From Escherichia phage NHEP1: a stretch of 64,000 bases of DNA. Below are positions 17,156 to 27,151 of the stretch, piece after piece (positions within the stretch are counted from its first letter, which is position 1; every line of letters begins with the position of its first letter). The position numbers and the translations under genes were made by a program. The DNA is taken from the sequence record PQ511146.1, one strand, 5' to 3'. Below the pieces are notes generated by a model. It worked only from the letters and a program-made list of their open reading frames with translations, had not been told where the DNA came from and did no database searches.

Positions 17156-17638
17156 TTAAACCCGGATACCTATTGTATACTCGGTGGATACCAATGTCAA
17201 ATCTAAATTTAAAATTTCTTGCATCTCATAGTATGCGTCCAGGGTGAGATACATTTCACCATCCTTTTCTACATACTTGTCAAGGTGTTTTAGGCACTTT
17301 GGATAGCTATCAAGGGCAGCCTTTAGGCACTCAAACTCCGTGCTGTTGATGAATCCTTCCATCTTGGCTACCCGTTCCGGAGTAACGATAGCACTGTAGT
17401 GAGATTTAGCTTCCTGAATGCAATGGGTCCAAGCATCAACTTTCTCTTCGAAAAGTCCGAAGAACTTCTTCTTGGTGAGCTTCAGATTCTTTAAGTGCTT
17501 AAGAACTCGGTTGCCGATTACAGACACATCACGAAACTTAAGGATCACTTTGTCAATATCCTCGCGGCCTATTTTCACAAAGCAGGCCTCACACATTTCA
17601 GGAGAGGCATAGCCTACTTTCCACATAAAATCTGACAT
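17156..17638 (-). CDS. hypothetical protein (160 aa)
   Basis: ATG start; operon context. Confidence 0.6.
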   Translation of the reverse strand: MSDFMWKVGYASPEMCEACFVKIGREDIDKVILKFRDVSVIGNRVLKHLKNLKLTKKKFFGLFEEKVDAWTHCIQEAKSHYSAIVTPERVAKMEGFINSTEFECLKAALDSYPKCLKHLDKYVEKDGEMYLTLDAYYEMQEILNLDLTLVSTEYTIGIRV

Positions 17639-17650
17639 AGCACTCCCTCC

Positions 17651-18049
17651 TTATTCCTGAAAAGCAACGATATCGTATGAGCTTGCAGACGAGCCGGGGG
17701 AAGAGTGACTCCAGTCTAGATCATCAGAGAAGTCAGCATACTGTGCACCACTCCGCAGTTTATATTTTACCCACTTACCTGGTGCAGGGTTTTCACCACC
17801 CTCCCATACTTCCCAACCTTCTGGCAAGCCGTTATCTTGGGAGTAACCATCAACTTCACTAGTGATCTCTGGGTTTGGCACCAAGATCCATGCAGGCTCT
17901 TCCTTCTTAGCAAGTGTCCACACAATGTATGTGTCTGAGCAGGAGCATGTCAGTAAAGTATACCCACTGTTCAGAACTTCTGCAAGCTCTTTTTCAGCAT
18001 CTTCTAATTTGGTTAGGTGGTATTGGATAATCTTCACATCTGTAATCAT
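17651..18049 (-). CDS. hypothetical protein (132 aa)
   Basis: ATG start; operon context. Confidence 0.6.
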   Translation of the reverse strand: MITDVKIIQYHLTKLEDAEKELAEVLNSGYTLLTCSCSDTYIVWTLAKKEEPAWILVPNPEITSEVDGYSQDNGLPEGWEVWEGGENPAPGKWVKYKLRSGAQYADFSDDLDWSHSSPGSSASSYDIVAFQE

Positions 18050-18351
18050 TAGAAGCCTCCTACTTCTTCAGCAAATGCTGCCGCTGTCGTCGCTGCATCC
18101 AGATAGGACTCTAGTTCACGTGCTGCACGTTTGTAAATCGAGTGGCGCAGATCGTTTGGTAACTGGTGAAAATCCACCTCTTCTCCGTTGTGGTAAACAT
18201 GCACATCAGTAATCTGTCTAAATCCATAATAATCAACATCAGAATCACGGCACTCCAGATCTGGCAACTGGACAACTGCCTGAGCCTCTACAGTGAGCAT
18301 ATCGTCAAGTTCGAAATCGATTTCAAAAGTGTATGGTTTATAACGCTTCAT
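18049..18351 (-). CDS. hypothetical protein (100 aa)
   Basis: ATG with AAGGAGAA SD. Confidence 0.55.
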   Translation of the reverse strand: MKRYKPYTFEIDFELDDMLTVEAQAVVQLPDLECRDSDVDYYGFRQITDVHVYHNGEEVDFHQLPNDLRHSIYKRAARELESYLDAATTAAAFAEEVGGF

Positions 18352-18410
18352 TATTCGGTGTTCTCCTTATCTTGTGTGAAGAGTAGACCTCTCCTTCGAT
18401 ATTTTAAATA

Positions 18411-19754
18411 TTACTCTAAATCTTCTTCTGAGTCAAGCTTATCTTTCACAGCTAAATTAGGGGCAAGTTTGTAATAGCGAAAGCCCCCACCGCCTTGCCA
18501 GTTTACAGATTTAGAAATACCACTTTGATCTTCACCATCGATCACTTTTTGCAAGCGTGGAATAATATGGGTATGACAATGATCTCCTAGCTCAACCGAG
18601 ATCCAACGTCTTTTCATCTTGTGAGCTACAGCAGCAGTAGTTCCAGAACCACCAAATGAATCCAATACTAAATCTCCTTCTCGCGTACACATTTCTAAAA
18701 TCCGCTTCAAAAGCGCTTCAGGTTTTTTTCCATTTTTGAAACTAACGCCCCCTTCATTTGCTATTCCATTCCAACTAATGTCAGTCCAAACATCAGTTAT
18801 TAGTTCAGCAGGCTGCATCTCACCGTCAATTTCCAAAAGCCTGTTGGAATAAAAGACCATTTGCCTACCATTTGCGATATAAAAGCCTTCGACATCCTCA
18901 TTTGGATGTACATAAACCTTATCCCTATCTTTCTTTGACTTCTCGATAGTTTCTTTTCTCTTTATTTTGGCACCACCGCCAATTGCAACGGATTGAAATA
19001 CACGTTCTGCATTATCAATTGCAAATTGTGCTAATTCATCATCAAATGTATCAGGCAGTTTTTTCTTGGCTTCTTTTGTATCTTTATAGCCATTGGCCTT
19101 TGCAAACGCATCGGCAATACCGCACCACGTCCAACTTTTATAATGGTCATCTGGGTTTAATAGATATTTGTTATATCCCGTATCATACTCTTTAGGTATA
19201 TAGATTTTGTTAAGTGGTTTCTTGGTACGATCTTTTGCATATACAAGCAAAAAGTTTGCTGTGGAGAAAACTGTAGTTCCTGTTGCCTTAAAGCCTGAAG
19301 GGCAATTTGTAGTCATCGATATGGTATTTAACTGATTTGCACGACCAAAAATCTCGTCCATCAAGACTTTTAAATAAGCCATTTCGCAGTCATCTAAGTG
19401 AACGAATATCACTCCATCATCGCTTAGCAGATTACGAATTATTTCTAATCTGTCCCGCATTAAGCCCAGCCAAAGGGAGTGCTCCAGGCTATCATCGTAG
19501 TGCTCAAAATCCCTTCCGGTATTGAATGGCGGGTCTATGTAAACACACTTCACTTTGCCTGCATACTCTTGCTCTAGTGCCTTCAATGCCAGTAAGTTAT
19601 CTCCAAAAATCAGTTTATTATCAAAAATATCGTTTTCGGTCACCTTTTTACTGGCGTGATAAGACTTGCTCGAATCTTCTAACAAAATGTGAGGCTCTAG
19701 CTTTTTGCGCTCGTTCTTACCTATCCAGGTAAGTTCTAATTTGGTTTTACTCAT
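18411..19754 (-). CDS. DNA N6-adenine/N4-cytosine methyltransferase (beta class)
   Basis: motif IV CVYIDPPF precedes motif I VLDSFGGSGTT; AAGGAGAG SD. Confidence 0.75.
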   Translation of the reverse strand: MSKTKLELTWIGKNERKKLEPHILLEDSSKSYHASKKVTENDIFDNKLIFGDNLLALKALEQEYAGKVKCVYIDPPFNTGRDFEHYDDSLEHSLWLGLMRDRLEIIRNLLSDDGVIFVHLDDCEMAYLKVLMDEIFGRANQLNTISMTTNCPSGFKATGTTVFSTANFLLVYAKDRTKKPLNKIYIPKEYDTGYNKYLLNPDDHYKSWTWCGIADAFAKANGYKDTKEAKKKLPDTFDDELAQFAIDNAERVFQSVAIGGGAKIKRKETIEKSKKDRDKVYVHPNEDVEGFYIANGRQMVFYSNRLLEIDGEMQPAELITDVWTDISWNGIANEGGVSFKNGKKPEALLKRILEMCTREGDLVLDSFGGSGTTAAVAHKMKRRWISVELGDHCHTHIIPRLQKVIDGEDQSGISKSVNWQGGGGFRYYKLAPNLAVKDKLDSEEDLE

Positions 19755-19780
19755 CGTTTGGTGCTCTCCTTAGTTTTTGT

Positions 19781-19798
19781 GGGGAGGAGTGCCTCCCC
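19781..19798. promoter_or_regulatory. GC hairpin GGGGAGG-AGUG-CCUCCCC in 5'UTR of methyltransferase gene
   Basis: 7-bp stem; T-run follows on the plus strand only. Confidence 0.3.
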
Positions 19799-19815
19799 TT
19801 TATACTCACATCTTA

Positions 19816-20157
19816 CTACTCAAGGTCTTCAGAGTCAAGCTCAAAAAGAATCAAACTGTGCATGCCTGCAGAGAGATCAACACACCCTGCAACAATAAGG
19901 GTTTGATAGTAAGGTTCAGCACCCTCAATATCTTCGTTAAAATCCACAACAAGGTAGTCACCTTTGTTAAAGGTGTATTTGTCCGATGTAAACGCAAAAC
20001 CTGCCCAGTCCCCTACTGCAGGATCTTTATCAGTCACCTTTGTTAGCAGTAGATCTTTTTCACGAGATCTTTTAGTAAAATCGTGAATCACAACATCCTT
20101 CTCTTCAGGAGTCGGATTGCCACACACGTAGTTAACGATATTTCTCCACAAACTCAT
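19816..20157 (-). CDS. hypothetical protein (113 aa)
   Basis: ATGA overlap with helicase gene. Confidence 0.55.
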   Translation of the reverse strand: MSLWRNIVNYVCGNPTPEEKDVVIHDFTKRSREKDLLLTKVTDKDPAVGDWAGFAFTSDKYTFNKGDYLVVDFNEDIEGAEPYYQTLIVAGCVDLSAGMHSLILFELDSEDLE

Positions 20158-21524
20158 ACGTCCCCCTTTTCTGCTCTAGTTTCAAAATCTTTCCTGACTT
20201 TCTCGTCTAAGCCAGGGAAAGTTGTATTATAAAACTCTACGACTCTCGGGTCAACAATAATATCCACCTCTCTTAATGGACGCAACAAGTTTATTCCTTG
20301 TATCGTCTTAACCCGACTCAAGGCAACATACGTCATTCCGGGAGAGAAAGCTCCGTTCTTTCCGAGGTCTAGGTTGTAACAATCTAACGTAAGTCCTTGA
20401 CTTTTATGCGATGTTACTGCGTACCCAGATTTCAAAGGAAGTTGCTCATAAGACCCGATCACAACCCTCTCTATGAACTTCTCCATCTTCCTTTCGGCAA
20501 TATTGTACCTCTGGGAAGGTTTGTACTCGTTATTCTCCCACAATCTCGGCTCAATTTCAACCTGTGTCCCGTCTTCCAGCTCAACCACCACAGACTTGGT
20601 CTTGAATTTTACCACTGTGGCGCGTGTCCCGTTGACATAGTACGGAACTTTATGTGTCGGGTCAACATCGTTTGAGGTTATCATAACCTTCATCCCTATC
20701 TTCAGCCTCATTTCCTGCTCCACAGGCAGTGTGGAGGGGAACTTACCTTTCATTTTACCAATGTAGGTCTTCTCTGGGGCCTTGATGGCATCATAGAAAC
20801 GTCTGTTCACCTCCTCTGCTTGCTTATTGGTGGCACAGATGGTCAAGGCATCTGTTGGGACACCACCATGATAGCAACGAGTGTTAAGCTCTGCTACAAC
20901 CTCTTTTATGCGACGACCTTCACGAACACAGTTCAACATTGTGGCGAAGCGAACAGATTCCTGACGGAACTGGTCTACTAATGCTATATTGTGAAGATTA
21001 AGATCCTCCCAAGATTTTGTATAGCAACACAGGTCTGTGTGGTAGAAGTTGAAGTAGGCTTCTTTCTCCATAGAAGAGACAACTGGGGGTGCTTGGTAGA
21101 AATCTCCAAACAATAGCACCTGAATGCCTCCGAAAGGTTTGTCATTTTTCCGAAGAAAGCGGAGTTTTCTATCCATCTCTATGAACTTGTCAGCACGGAT
21201 CATAGAGATTTCATCGATAATTAGGATGGTAAATGCCTTGCTTTTCAGAGGCTTTGCTGTTTTTGCCCTTATTGCTGTCCAGTCTGACTCCATGCTCACA
21301 CCTGCGGCAAGATCGAAAGTTCGGTGCGCTGTTGCTCCATTAACGTTTAAAGCGGCTACCCCTGTCGGGGCAACCGTTATGCAAGAGTCTCCATACATGG
21401 ACTGGATCATGTTGATAAGATATGTCTTCCCGGTTCCACCGGGTCCACTTACGAAGACATTCTCACCACTCATGATTGCAACAAGGGCAGCATCTGTGCC
21501 TACATCGTACTGCCCTTTTTCCAT
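20154..21524 (-). CDS. SF1B DNA helicase (Dda/RecD/Pif1-like)
   Basis: Walker A GPGGTGKT, Walker B IIDEISM, C-terminal TSHKSQGLTLD and YVALSRVK motifs. Confidence 0.85.
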   Translation of the reverse strand: MEKGQYDVGTDAALVAIMSGENVFVSGPGGTGKTYLINMIQSMYGDSCITVAPTGVAALNVNGATAHRTFDLAAGVSMESDWTAIRAKTAKPLKSKAFTILIIDEISMIRADKFIEMDRKLRFLRKNDKPFGGIQVLLFGDFYQAPPVVSSMEKEAYFNFYHTDLCCYTKSWEDLNLHNIALVDQFRQESVRFATMLNCVREGRRIKEVVAELNTRCYHGGVPTDALTICATNKQAEEVNRRFYDAIKAPEKTYIGKMKGKFPSTLPVEQEMRLKIGMKVMITSNDVDPTHKVPYYVNGTRATVVKFKTKSVVVELEDGTQVEIEPRLWENNEYKPSQRYNIAERKMEKFIERVVIGSYEQLPLKSGYAVTSHKSQGLTLDCYNLDLGKNGAFSPGMTYVALSRVKTIQGINLLRPLREVDIIVDPRVVEFYNTTFPGLDEKVRKDFETRAEKGDV

Positions 21525-22729
21525 TACGCCTCCTCGTAGATAATGTCGATAGTATTACCGTCGCGGTCAACCACGTACTCAATTGGGTCGCCATCTTTGC
21601 GTGATTCTGGAGCTACTACGATTTCGTAGCGGCATGCACGGCACTTGGCGCTGTTGTGTTGGTAAGGTACACTAACTACATCAGCAGGGTCAACCATGAC
21701 CGTCATCACAGTTCCGTAGCTCTTTGCATACTCTTTGCTGGCACAGTGCAGGCCATAAGAGCATGCAGCTTCCGGATCATCCTCTACAAAGTTACGGGGC
21801 ATGGATACAAAAGCTCCCTGGTATTGTGGGACTTTACCACTGTGCCAATCCACCCACTTGTCGCCGTTAAACTGAACCCCTTTGTAGCAAATGATTCGAC
21901 CATCTTCTGCAATCTGAATGTCGTTTGCCTGCATAAAATCGTAGAGCATGTTTACAGATTTTGCAGAAGGATTGCGTAGCAGGCGAACGAGGAATTTCAC
22001 ATAGCGGTCATCCAGTGTTCCGTCTGCATAATCTTTCTCAATTTTCTTTGCAATGGTGGATCGCATCTCTACACCGTAGTAGTAGAGCTTACCATCTTTC
22101 ATGATCAGGTTGTCTGCAAGTGTGGTGAACTCATTCTTGCGTTCCAGCCAGACAAGGATTTCACCAATTGCCTCGTCATATTCCTGAACAGAGATATGGT
22201 CGAAGACTTTCTGGTAAACTTCCTCACTTTCACTGCGGCGAATTTCAAAAATACCTTCGTTGCAGGTGATCTGGAGGAGTTCCCCGCAAATAACCACCAA
22301 AGGCTCGATGCTTCGGGTCTGTTGCTGAGACACACTGCTCACCACCTCCAGCACCGGGTCTTTTACTTCTACTAAAGGTTCTTCTGACTTGATTGCTACC
22401 CCAGTGAACCCTACACCGTGAACAACACACAGTGGATATACCACACCCCAACGTTTAACGGAACCTTCTCCTGAATCTAAGATCATGGCGTACTTACCGT
22501 TATCTTCCAGCCCATATCGAAATAAACGGGCCTCTTCACGGGTTTCAAAATCCTCACGGGTGTAGCAGACGCTGTCACGGTCAGGATCGAACAACTCTGG
22601 GGCACCTACTGCCAGTGTCCAGGTTGTGTTACCTTTCTCAATAGCGCATGTGAAACCCTTCTTCTCAAGCTCTGCACGGCGGTCACGTGCTTCTTTACGA
22701 GTTTTGAAATGTTCGTAGATGAAAATCAT
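21524..22729 (-). CDS. rIIB-like partner protein (putative) with tandem N-terminal repeats
   Basis: immediately follows the GHKL ATPase; ATG 5 nt after AGGAGA (track TTG at 22765); two about 45-aa repeats at N-terminus; assignment by synteny only. Confidence 0.4.
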   Translation of the reverse strand: MIFIYEHFKTRKEARDRRAELEKKGFTCAIEKGNTTWTLAVGAPELFDPDRDSVCYTREDFETREEARLFRYGLEDNGKYAMILDSGEGSVKRWGVVYPLCVVHGVGFTGVAIKSEEPLVEVKDPVLEVVSSVSQQQTRSIEPLVVICGELLQITCNEGIFEIRRSESEEVYQKVFDHISVQEYDEAIGEILVWLERKNEFTTLADNLIMKDGKLYYYGVEMRSTIAKKIEKDYADGTLDDRYVKFLVRLLRNPSAKSVNMLYDFMQANDIQIAEDGRIICYKGVQFNGDKWVDWHSGKVPQYQGAFVSMPRNFVEDDPEAACSYGLHCASKEYAKSYGTVMTVMVDPADVVSVPYQHNSAKCRACRYEIVVAPESRKDGDPIEYVVDRDGNTIDIIYEEA

Positions 22730-22739
22730 CTTGGTCTCC

Positions 22740-24722
22740 TTATTTGATGTTATTCTTTGTATCAATCAGTTCACGGTATTCAATCATAGCAGGAGTGTCC
22801 CAATATTTCAAGCCTACATGCTTCAAAAGTGGATATTTCTTTTCCAATCTTGCAATATAGGCCTTCCCGCACTTAACCCGGTTGGCGATTAAGATTTTGG
22901 CACGATGATTTAGCTCACCGTACTTCCACGTGGTGCTACCTTCCCACTTGTGGAAATGTGGCCGATAACTTCCAAAATCCTGCATGGGGATAATTTTACC
23001 TAACTGTCTGTACAGGCTGTCATATGAAGTTTCATTTGCTGCGCGAGTTAGTAAGAATTTCCAAGCATCCTCTTTCAACAAATGTTCCACATTCTTCTCT
23101 GTAACATATTGGCAATCAGGATCAGTCCAAAGCAGACGAGATTCCGACACCAGGTACAGATCTTCCCCTTCAGGAATCTGGAGTGCCGCACGCACACGGT
23201 CATAATCTTGCTGGTAGATGTTGCTCATCTGCCCTAGCCAACAACTTCCGCGTTGGATATCCCCCTCATACGGTATGCAGTGCTTAATCTTCCTGAACTC
23301 TGCCTTAGTAATACGCTCACGCCGGAAGTAACCATCCTTCTCAAGTTTTTTAACCCAATAGCCTGGTTCGTAACGGGTTTTGGTTTCACCTTTCTTCGTA
23401 GGTCGGCGTGGAAGCTCCGATAACAATTTGACCGTATCTGCAAAAAACGGATGGTGTGCCGCCTCTTTAAACTCTTTCACCAGATCCGTGTTACGGCAAT
23501 AGAAAACGTTGCGTCCGGTAATCTCGCTTAAGTAGTTACACTTATTCCGGTTATATTTGCCGTCTCCGTCGTTAAATACTAAATAAACTCCCCGTAAGAA
23601 TTCTACCTTTCCGTAGCAGGCGTAACCTATGCGGCCTTTATTTAAGCCGCCAGCGAAGATCTCGCAGTCCCCCAAATTTCCTAGCCCTGTTTCTTCCCAG
23701 CGGTCATACATAAAATTCTTACCGAAGATGTGCCCGAACACTCCACTGTTCTTCATCATCTCGCGTGCTTCTGAGGATGTTTTTGCTGTCTCCAGTTCTG
23801 CAACAACTTCTGCTCCACGAAGGCGAATGCCTTCTTTGACAAAAGCTTCCAAACGCTCTTGGAATCCACCATCGTCGTGACCTTCTATGGTCCATTCACG
23901 CCCTGGGTTAATATTGCAATCTCCGATAGGGATCTCTACACAAATTGCAGGATAATCTATTAGTGTCTCCAGGAACTTAGAACGGTAAGGTTGGTGACCC
24001 ATTACCACACGACTCTCGTCAGAGCTGGTATAACCCTTCAGGATGGTCATCTTCCAACCATCTTTTTCATAATAATACTGCGCCTCTACTTTGTCTCCCT
24101 CCAGCATCTTGCTCGTCATCGGGTCGGTGACAGTGAACGGAAATTTTGCATAGCGCAGGCATGATGCAATAGCGGTGCGATATTTCAGAACATGCTCTTT
24201 CTTAACATGAAACTGAACTTTTACCCCGTTGTGCTCTTCAGTCTTCCGCTCACGGATCTTGGTGACATTTGGGATACCCTGGTCCAAGAACAATAGGTAT
24301 GTGCTTTCCACACCGTTGTGCACACTGATTACATCGAAAGTGTCCACCATACTGAACGGGGCCTTTGAACCAACACCTTTATTGCCTACCAGAGCGTTGC
24401 TGTTGCGCTTGGTTGACTCTCCGAGGTTCATGAAGGTGTTGCGGACCATCTCTTCTGACATGCCTAATCCAACGTCCTGCACAAAGAAGTATGGTTCAAG
24501 GTCTGTAGGAGAGTGAATGATGATCGGAACATCACCCCGTCCAGACTCAACATGGGAGTCCACAGCATTGAAGATCGGTTCACGGCAGCTTGCCAGCACC
24601 TTATCTTCATAAATCCCTTTGATGATTAGCCCAAAAGTCTCTTTGTTCAGAGAAATTGATCCCCTGGTTACCTCCATATTCCCAGTTAGCACCGCTTTAG
24701 TTTCACTGCTGTTTACAATCAT
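22740..24722 (-). CDS. GHKL-family ATPase, rIIA-like
   Basis: Bergerat-fold motifs: N-box EPIFNAVDS, G1 VQDVGLGM, G2 NKGVGSKAP; 660 aa. Confidence 0.6.
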   Translation of the reverse strand: MIVNSSETKAVLTGNMEVTRGSISLNKETFGLIIKGIYEDKVLASCREPIFNAVDSHVESGRGDVPIIIHSPTDLEPYFFVQDVGLGMSEEMVRNTFMNLGESTKRNSNALVGNKGVGSKAPFSMVDTFDVISVHNGVESTYLLFLDQGIPNVTKIRERKTEEHNGVKVQFHVKKEHVLKYRTAIASCLRYAKFPFTVTDPMTSKMLEGDKVEAQYYYEKDGWKMTILKGYTSSDESRVVMGHQPYRSKFLETLIDYPAICVEIPIGDCNINPGREWTIEGHDDGGFQERLEAFVKEGIRLRGAEVVAELETAKTSSEAREMMKNSGVFGHIFGKNFMYDRWEETGLGNLGDCEIFAGGLNKGRIGYACYGKVEFLRGVYLVFNDGDGKYNRNKCNYLSEITGRNVFYCRNTDLVKEFKEAAHHPFFADTVKLLSELPRRPTKKGETKTRYEPGYWVKKLEKDGYFRRERITKAEFRKIKHCIPYEGDIQRGSCWLGQMSNIYQQDYDRVRAALQIPEGEDLYLVSESRLLWTDPDCQYVTEKNVEHLLKEDAWKFLLTRAANETSYDSLYRQLGKIIPMQDFGSYRPHFHKWEGSTTWKYGELNHRAKILIANRVKCGKAYIARLEKKYPLLKHVGLKYWDTPAMIEYRELIDTKNNIK

Positions 24723-25219
24723 TTATTGCGCTCCTTGTAGTAGATATGACTCCCGAATTGAGCTGTCCTCTGCATCTTTTTTGCCCATTTCGGTCGTACT
24801 TTTGTTGTATGGTAGTGTGTTGCTCCGCCTGTTATATCCATAGCCATGTATGCAACATGGTTGTTATTATAGACCTTTAGAAGCATCTTTGCAAGACTTT
24901 TAGCGTGATCCCATGAATCTTTTTCTGTCACCTTAAAAGTTTTGCCGTGGTTTGTCCACGAAAACTGGTTAGGTTGGTAGACAATCTTTCTTATAGTGTC
25001 TGGGTATTTGGGGTGAGATTTCCTGTTTAGTGTGGCAAACCCAGATGCCAGCATACCCATCGTGCCATCCCCTCTAGCCTCCCTGTAGATATTGCATGCC
25101 AGAATGTTTTCCTTAGTATCCGACGGCTTGCAGGTGTGATATACTTTTTGTTTTGGTGCTGCAACAACAGGCAGCGATAAAAATGCGCTCAAAATAATAG
25201 CAAAGATCTTAGTTTTCAC
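24719..25219 (-). CDS. secreted cell-wall hydrolase (SleB/CwlJ-like, Hydrolase_2 family)
   Basis: signal peptide MKTKIFAIILSAFLSLPVVAAP; NIYREARGDG...ATLNR...IVYQPNQFSW motif; GTG start after GGAG. Confidence 0.65.
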   Translation of the reverse strand: MKTKIFAIILSAFLSLPVVAAPKQKVYHTCKPSDTKENILACNIYREARGDGTMGMLASGFATLNRKSHPKYPDTIRKIVYQPNQFSWTNHGKTFKVTEKDSWDHAKSLAKMLLKVYNNNHVAYMAMDITGGATHYHTTKVRPKWAKKMQRTAQFGSHIYYKERNK

Positions 25220-25230
25220 AATAGCTCCAA

Positions 25231-25256
25231 ATAGAAAATCCCCGCCGAAGCGGGGT
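25231..25256 (-). terminator. rho-independent terminator (CCCCGC-UUCG-GCGGGG + U-run)
   Basis: 6-bp GC stem with UUCG loop followed by AUUUUCUAUUU on minus strand. Confidence 0.55.
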
Positions 25257-25268
25257 GTGTCTTAGAAA

Positions 25269-25649
25269 TTAATCGTAGTGTGCCAAAATCTCTCCATCGT
25301 TGCAAGTCCCCTCTACGAAGTTGTGAAGATTCATGCATTCATCTTGATAGAAGAATTTACCGCTTTTCAGCCGTAGACCAAACAACTCCGCATCTCCACG
25401 ATGGCAAGCCTCTACAAGTTCATAGATTTCATACGGTAACTCTCCATCGTCATGGAAGAACCCCGCTTTATCGTTGACATAGATGAAGAAATAGTCACTG
25501 CTGTCGCAAGCGTCCAGTATTTTAAACCAGATTTCATCCACATCTTTTTCTCGGATATCGATCACACAAGTGGAGCTGCATTCGTACTCCTTCTCCGGCT
25601 CCTCGGTCAATACCACCAAGTAGTTTCCCCGCTTACCTACTTTAGCCAT
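25269..25649 (-). CDS. hypothetical protein (126 aa)
   Basis: ATG start; operon context. Confidence 0.6.
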   Translation of the reverse strand: MAKVGKRGNYLVVLTEEPEKEYECSSTCVIDIREKDVDEIWFKILDACDSSDYFFIYVNDKAGFFHDDGELPYEIYELVEACHRGDAELFGLRLKSGKFFYQDECMNLHNFVEGTCNDGEILAHYD

Positions 25650-25658
25650 ACAACCTCC

Positions 25659-26843
25659 TCAAGCTTTAGCTAAAATGGCGCTAAACTCTTCACCAAACTC
25701 TTTTACAATCTTCATCAGGTTTGGGTATGCTTTGATCAGCTGAGCGACGATCTTGTCCCTGCCTTTACCAATAAGTAAGGCATTTCCTAAGGCGTTAGGT
25801 TTCATCATCGCCATAAAGACTGAGAATACAAAGTCTCGGTTCTCATCCTTGAAATTTTCCCAAAGGAAATCAAGGAAGTTTGCCACACAGCTGACAAGAT
25901 CTTCGTCGGAGATACTTGCATTTTCCATCATATTACGAATAGCGATACAACCTTCTGACCCCAGAATCCACAAGATGTCTGGCTGCTTAGGACCTACATA
26001 TTCTTTGCAGCCTCCTGCCATAATCCGACCGATTTCTGGCAAGTTTCGTTTCTTGGTGTGGTAGGTCCAAATTTCTACCGCTGCAGTGTGACCAATTGCA
26101 CCTTGTAGAAGGACACGGGCCATAGCGTCAGAAATAATACCGCTGTCAAAATCGTGCAGGATGTCAGATGCAGCAACCCAAGATCGCGGTGTGGCAAAAG
26201 ATGGACAATTAATCTCAGCCATGGCCTCATAATTATCAATGGCTGATGGGACTCTTTTCAGATATCCAATTACAGAGGAGTGCACCCCATTAAGGAATGC
26301 ATAGTCCTCAATAAACACCTCTGCACTGCTTGTAACTTCTACAATGATAAAGCGGTTAGCTAGAGGAGCTTCGAGCGCCGAAAGAACAGCACCGTCTGTA
26401 GCACGGTTACCTGCAGCTACAAAAACAGAGCCCTTAGGAAATGCATAGGTGCCGCACTTGTGGTCGAGCATAATTTGCATTGCAACCTTCTGCAGGTAGT
26501 TATCTGCATGAGTAAGCTCGTCTAGAAAGATAATTCCGCTCCAGTCCGGATCTGCAGGCCAAAATTCTGGAATTGCAAACACTGTACGTGTAGTCCCATC
26601 CGACTCTACAGGGATAGGTAGCCCAGATAAGTCAGCAGGGTCTTTATCTGACAGTCGCACGTCAACAAGGTTGTCATCTCGCTCACCGAACATATTATCA
26701 GCGATCTGCTTCATCACCTGACTTTTACCCACACCCATTGGTCCCAAAATTAGGACAGATCGGCTATGACGTTGGGCAAACTGAATAATGGCTGGCAACT
26801 CACGGACAGTGATTTGACCACTTTCGAATACGTTTCTTGACAT
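25659..26843 (-). CDS. MoxR-like AAA+ ATPase
   Basis: Walker A GPMGVGKS, Walker B IFLDELTHAD, sensor AAGNRATD; 394 aa. Confidence 0.8.
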   Translation of the reverse strand: MSRNVFESGQITVRELPAIIQFAQRHSRSVLILGPMGVGKSQVMKQIADNMFGERDDNLVDVRLSDKDPADLSGLPIPVESDGTTRTVFAIPEFWPADPDWSGIIFLDELTHADNYLQKVAMQIMLDHKCGTYAFPKGSVFVAAGNRATDGAVLSALEAPLANRFIIVEVTSSAEVFIEDYAFLNGVHSSVIGYLKRVPSAIDNYEAMAEINCPSFATPRSWVAASDILHDFDSGIISDAMARVLLQGAIGHTAAVEIWTYHTKKRNLPEIGRIMAGGCKEYVGPKQPDILWILGSEGCIAIRNMMENASISDEDLVSCVANFLDFLWENFKDENRDFVFSVFMAMMKPNALGNALLIGKGRDKIVAQLIKAYPNLMKIVKEFGEEFSAILAKA

Positions 26844-27112
26844 TAGTAAAAGTCCTCTACTTGTGTGTAAGTGTTTTCAAAGTTTTCCAAAACAGATGTC
26901 ACATCGGATCTGTCAATATCGTACACAACTTCCCAGTTGTATGCAACCCTTTCTGCTGTTGCTTCTTCGGGACTTAACCGCCTACTGGGGTGAAAGAATG
27001 TTGGAGTGCACTTTCTTAGCTGTTTCCCGATTTTCCCATAACAATACCTGTGGATAATTTTGTCAAAATTTAACTCTTTTTCTGCACAAAGTTCATGTTT
27101 CTGGTATAGCAT
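26843..27112 (-). CDS. hypothetical protein (89 aa)
   Basis: ATG after AAAAGAG; track GTG at 27145. Confidence 0.5.
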   Translation of the reverse strand: MLYQKHELCAEKELNFDKIIHRYCYGKIGKQLRKCTPTFFHPSRRLSPEEATAERVAYNWEVVYDIDRSDVTSVLENFENTYTQVEDFY

Positions 27113-27151
27113 GTTTATTACTCTTTTAAGTGGCCTCCTTGCCACTACCTG

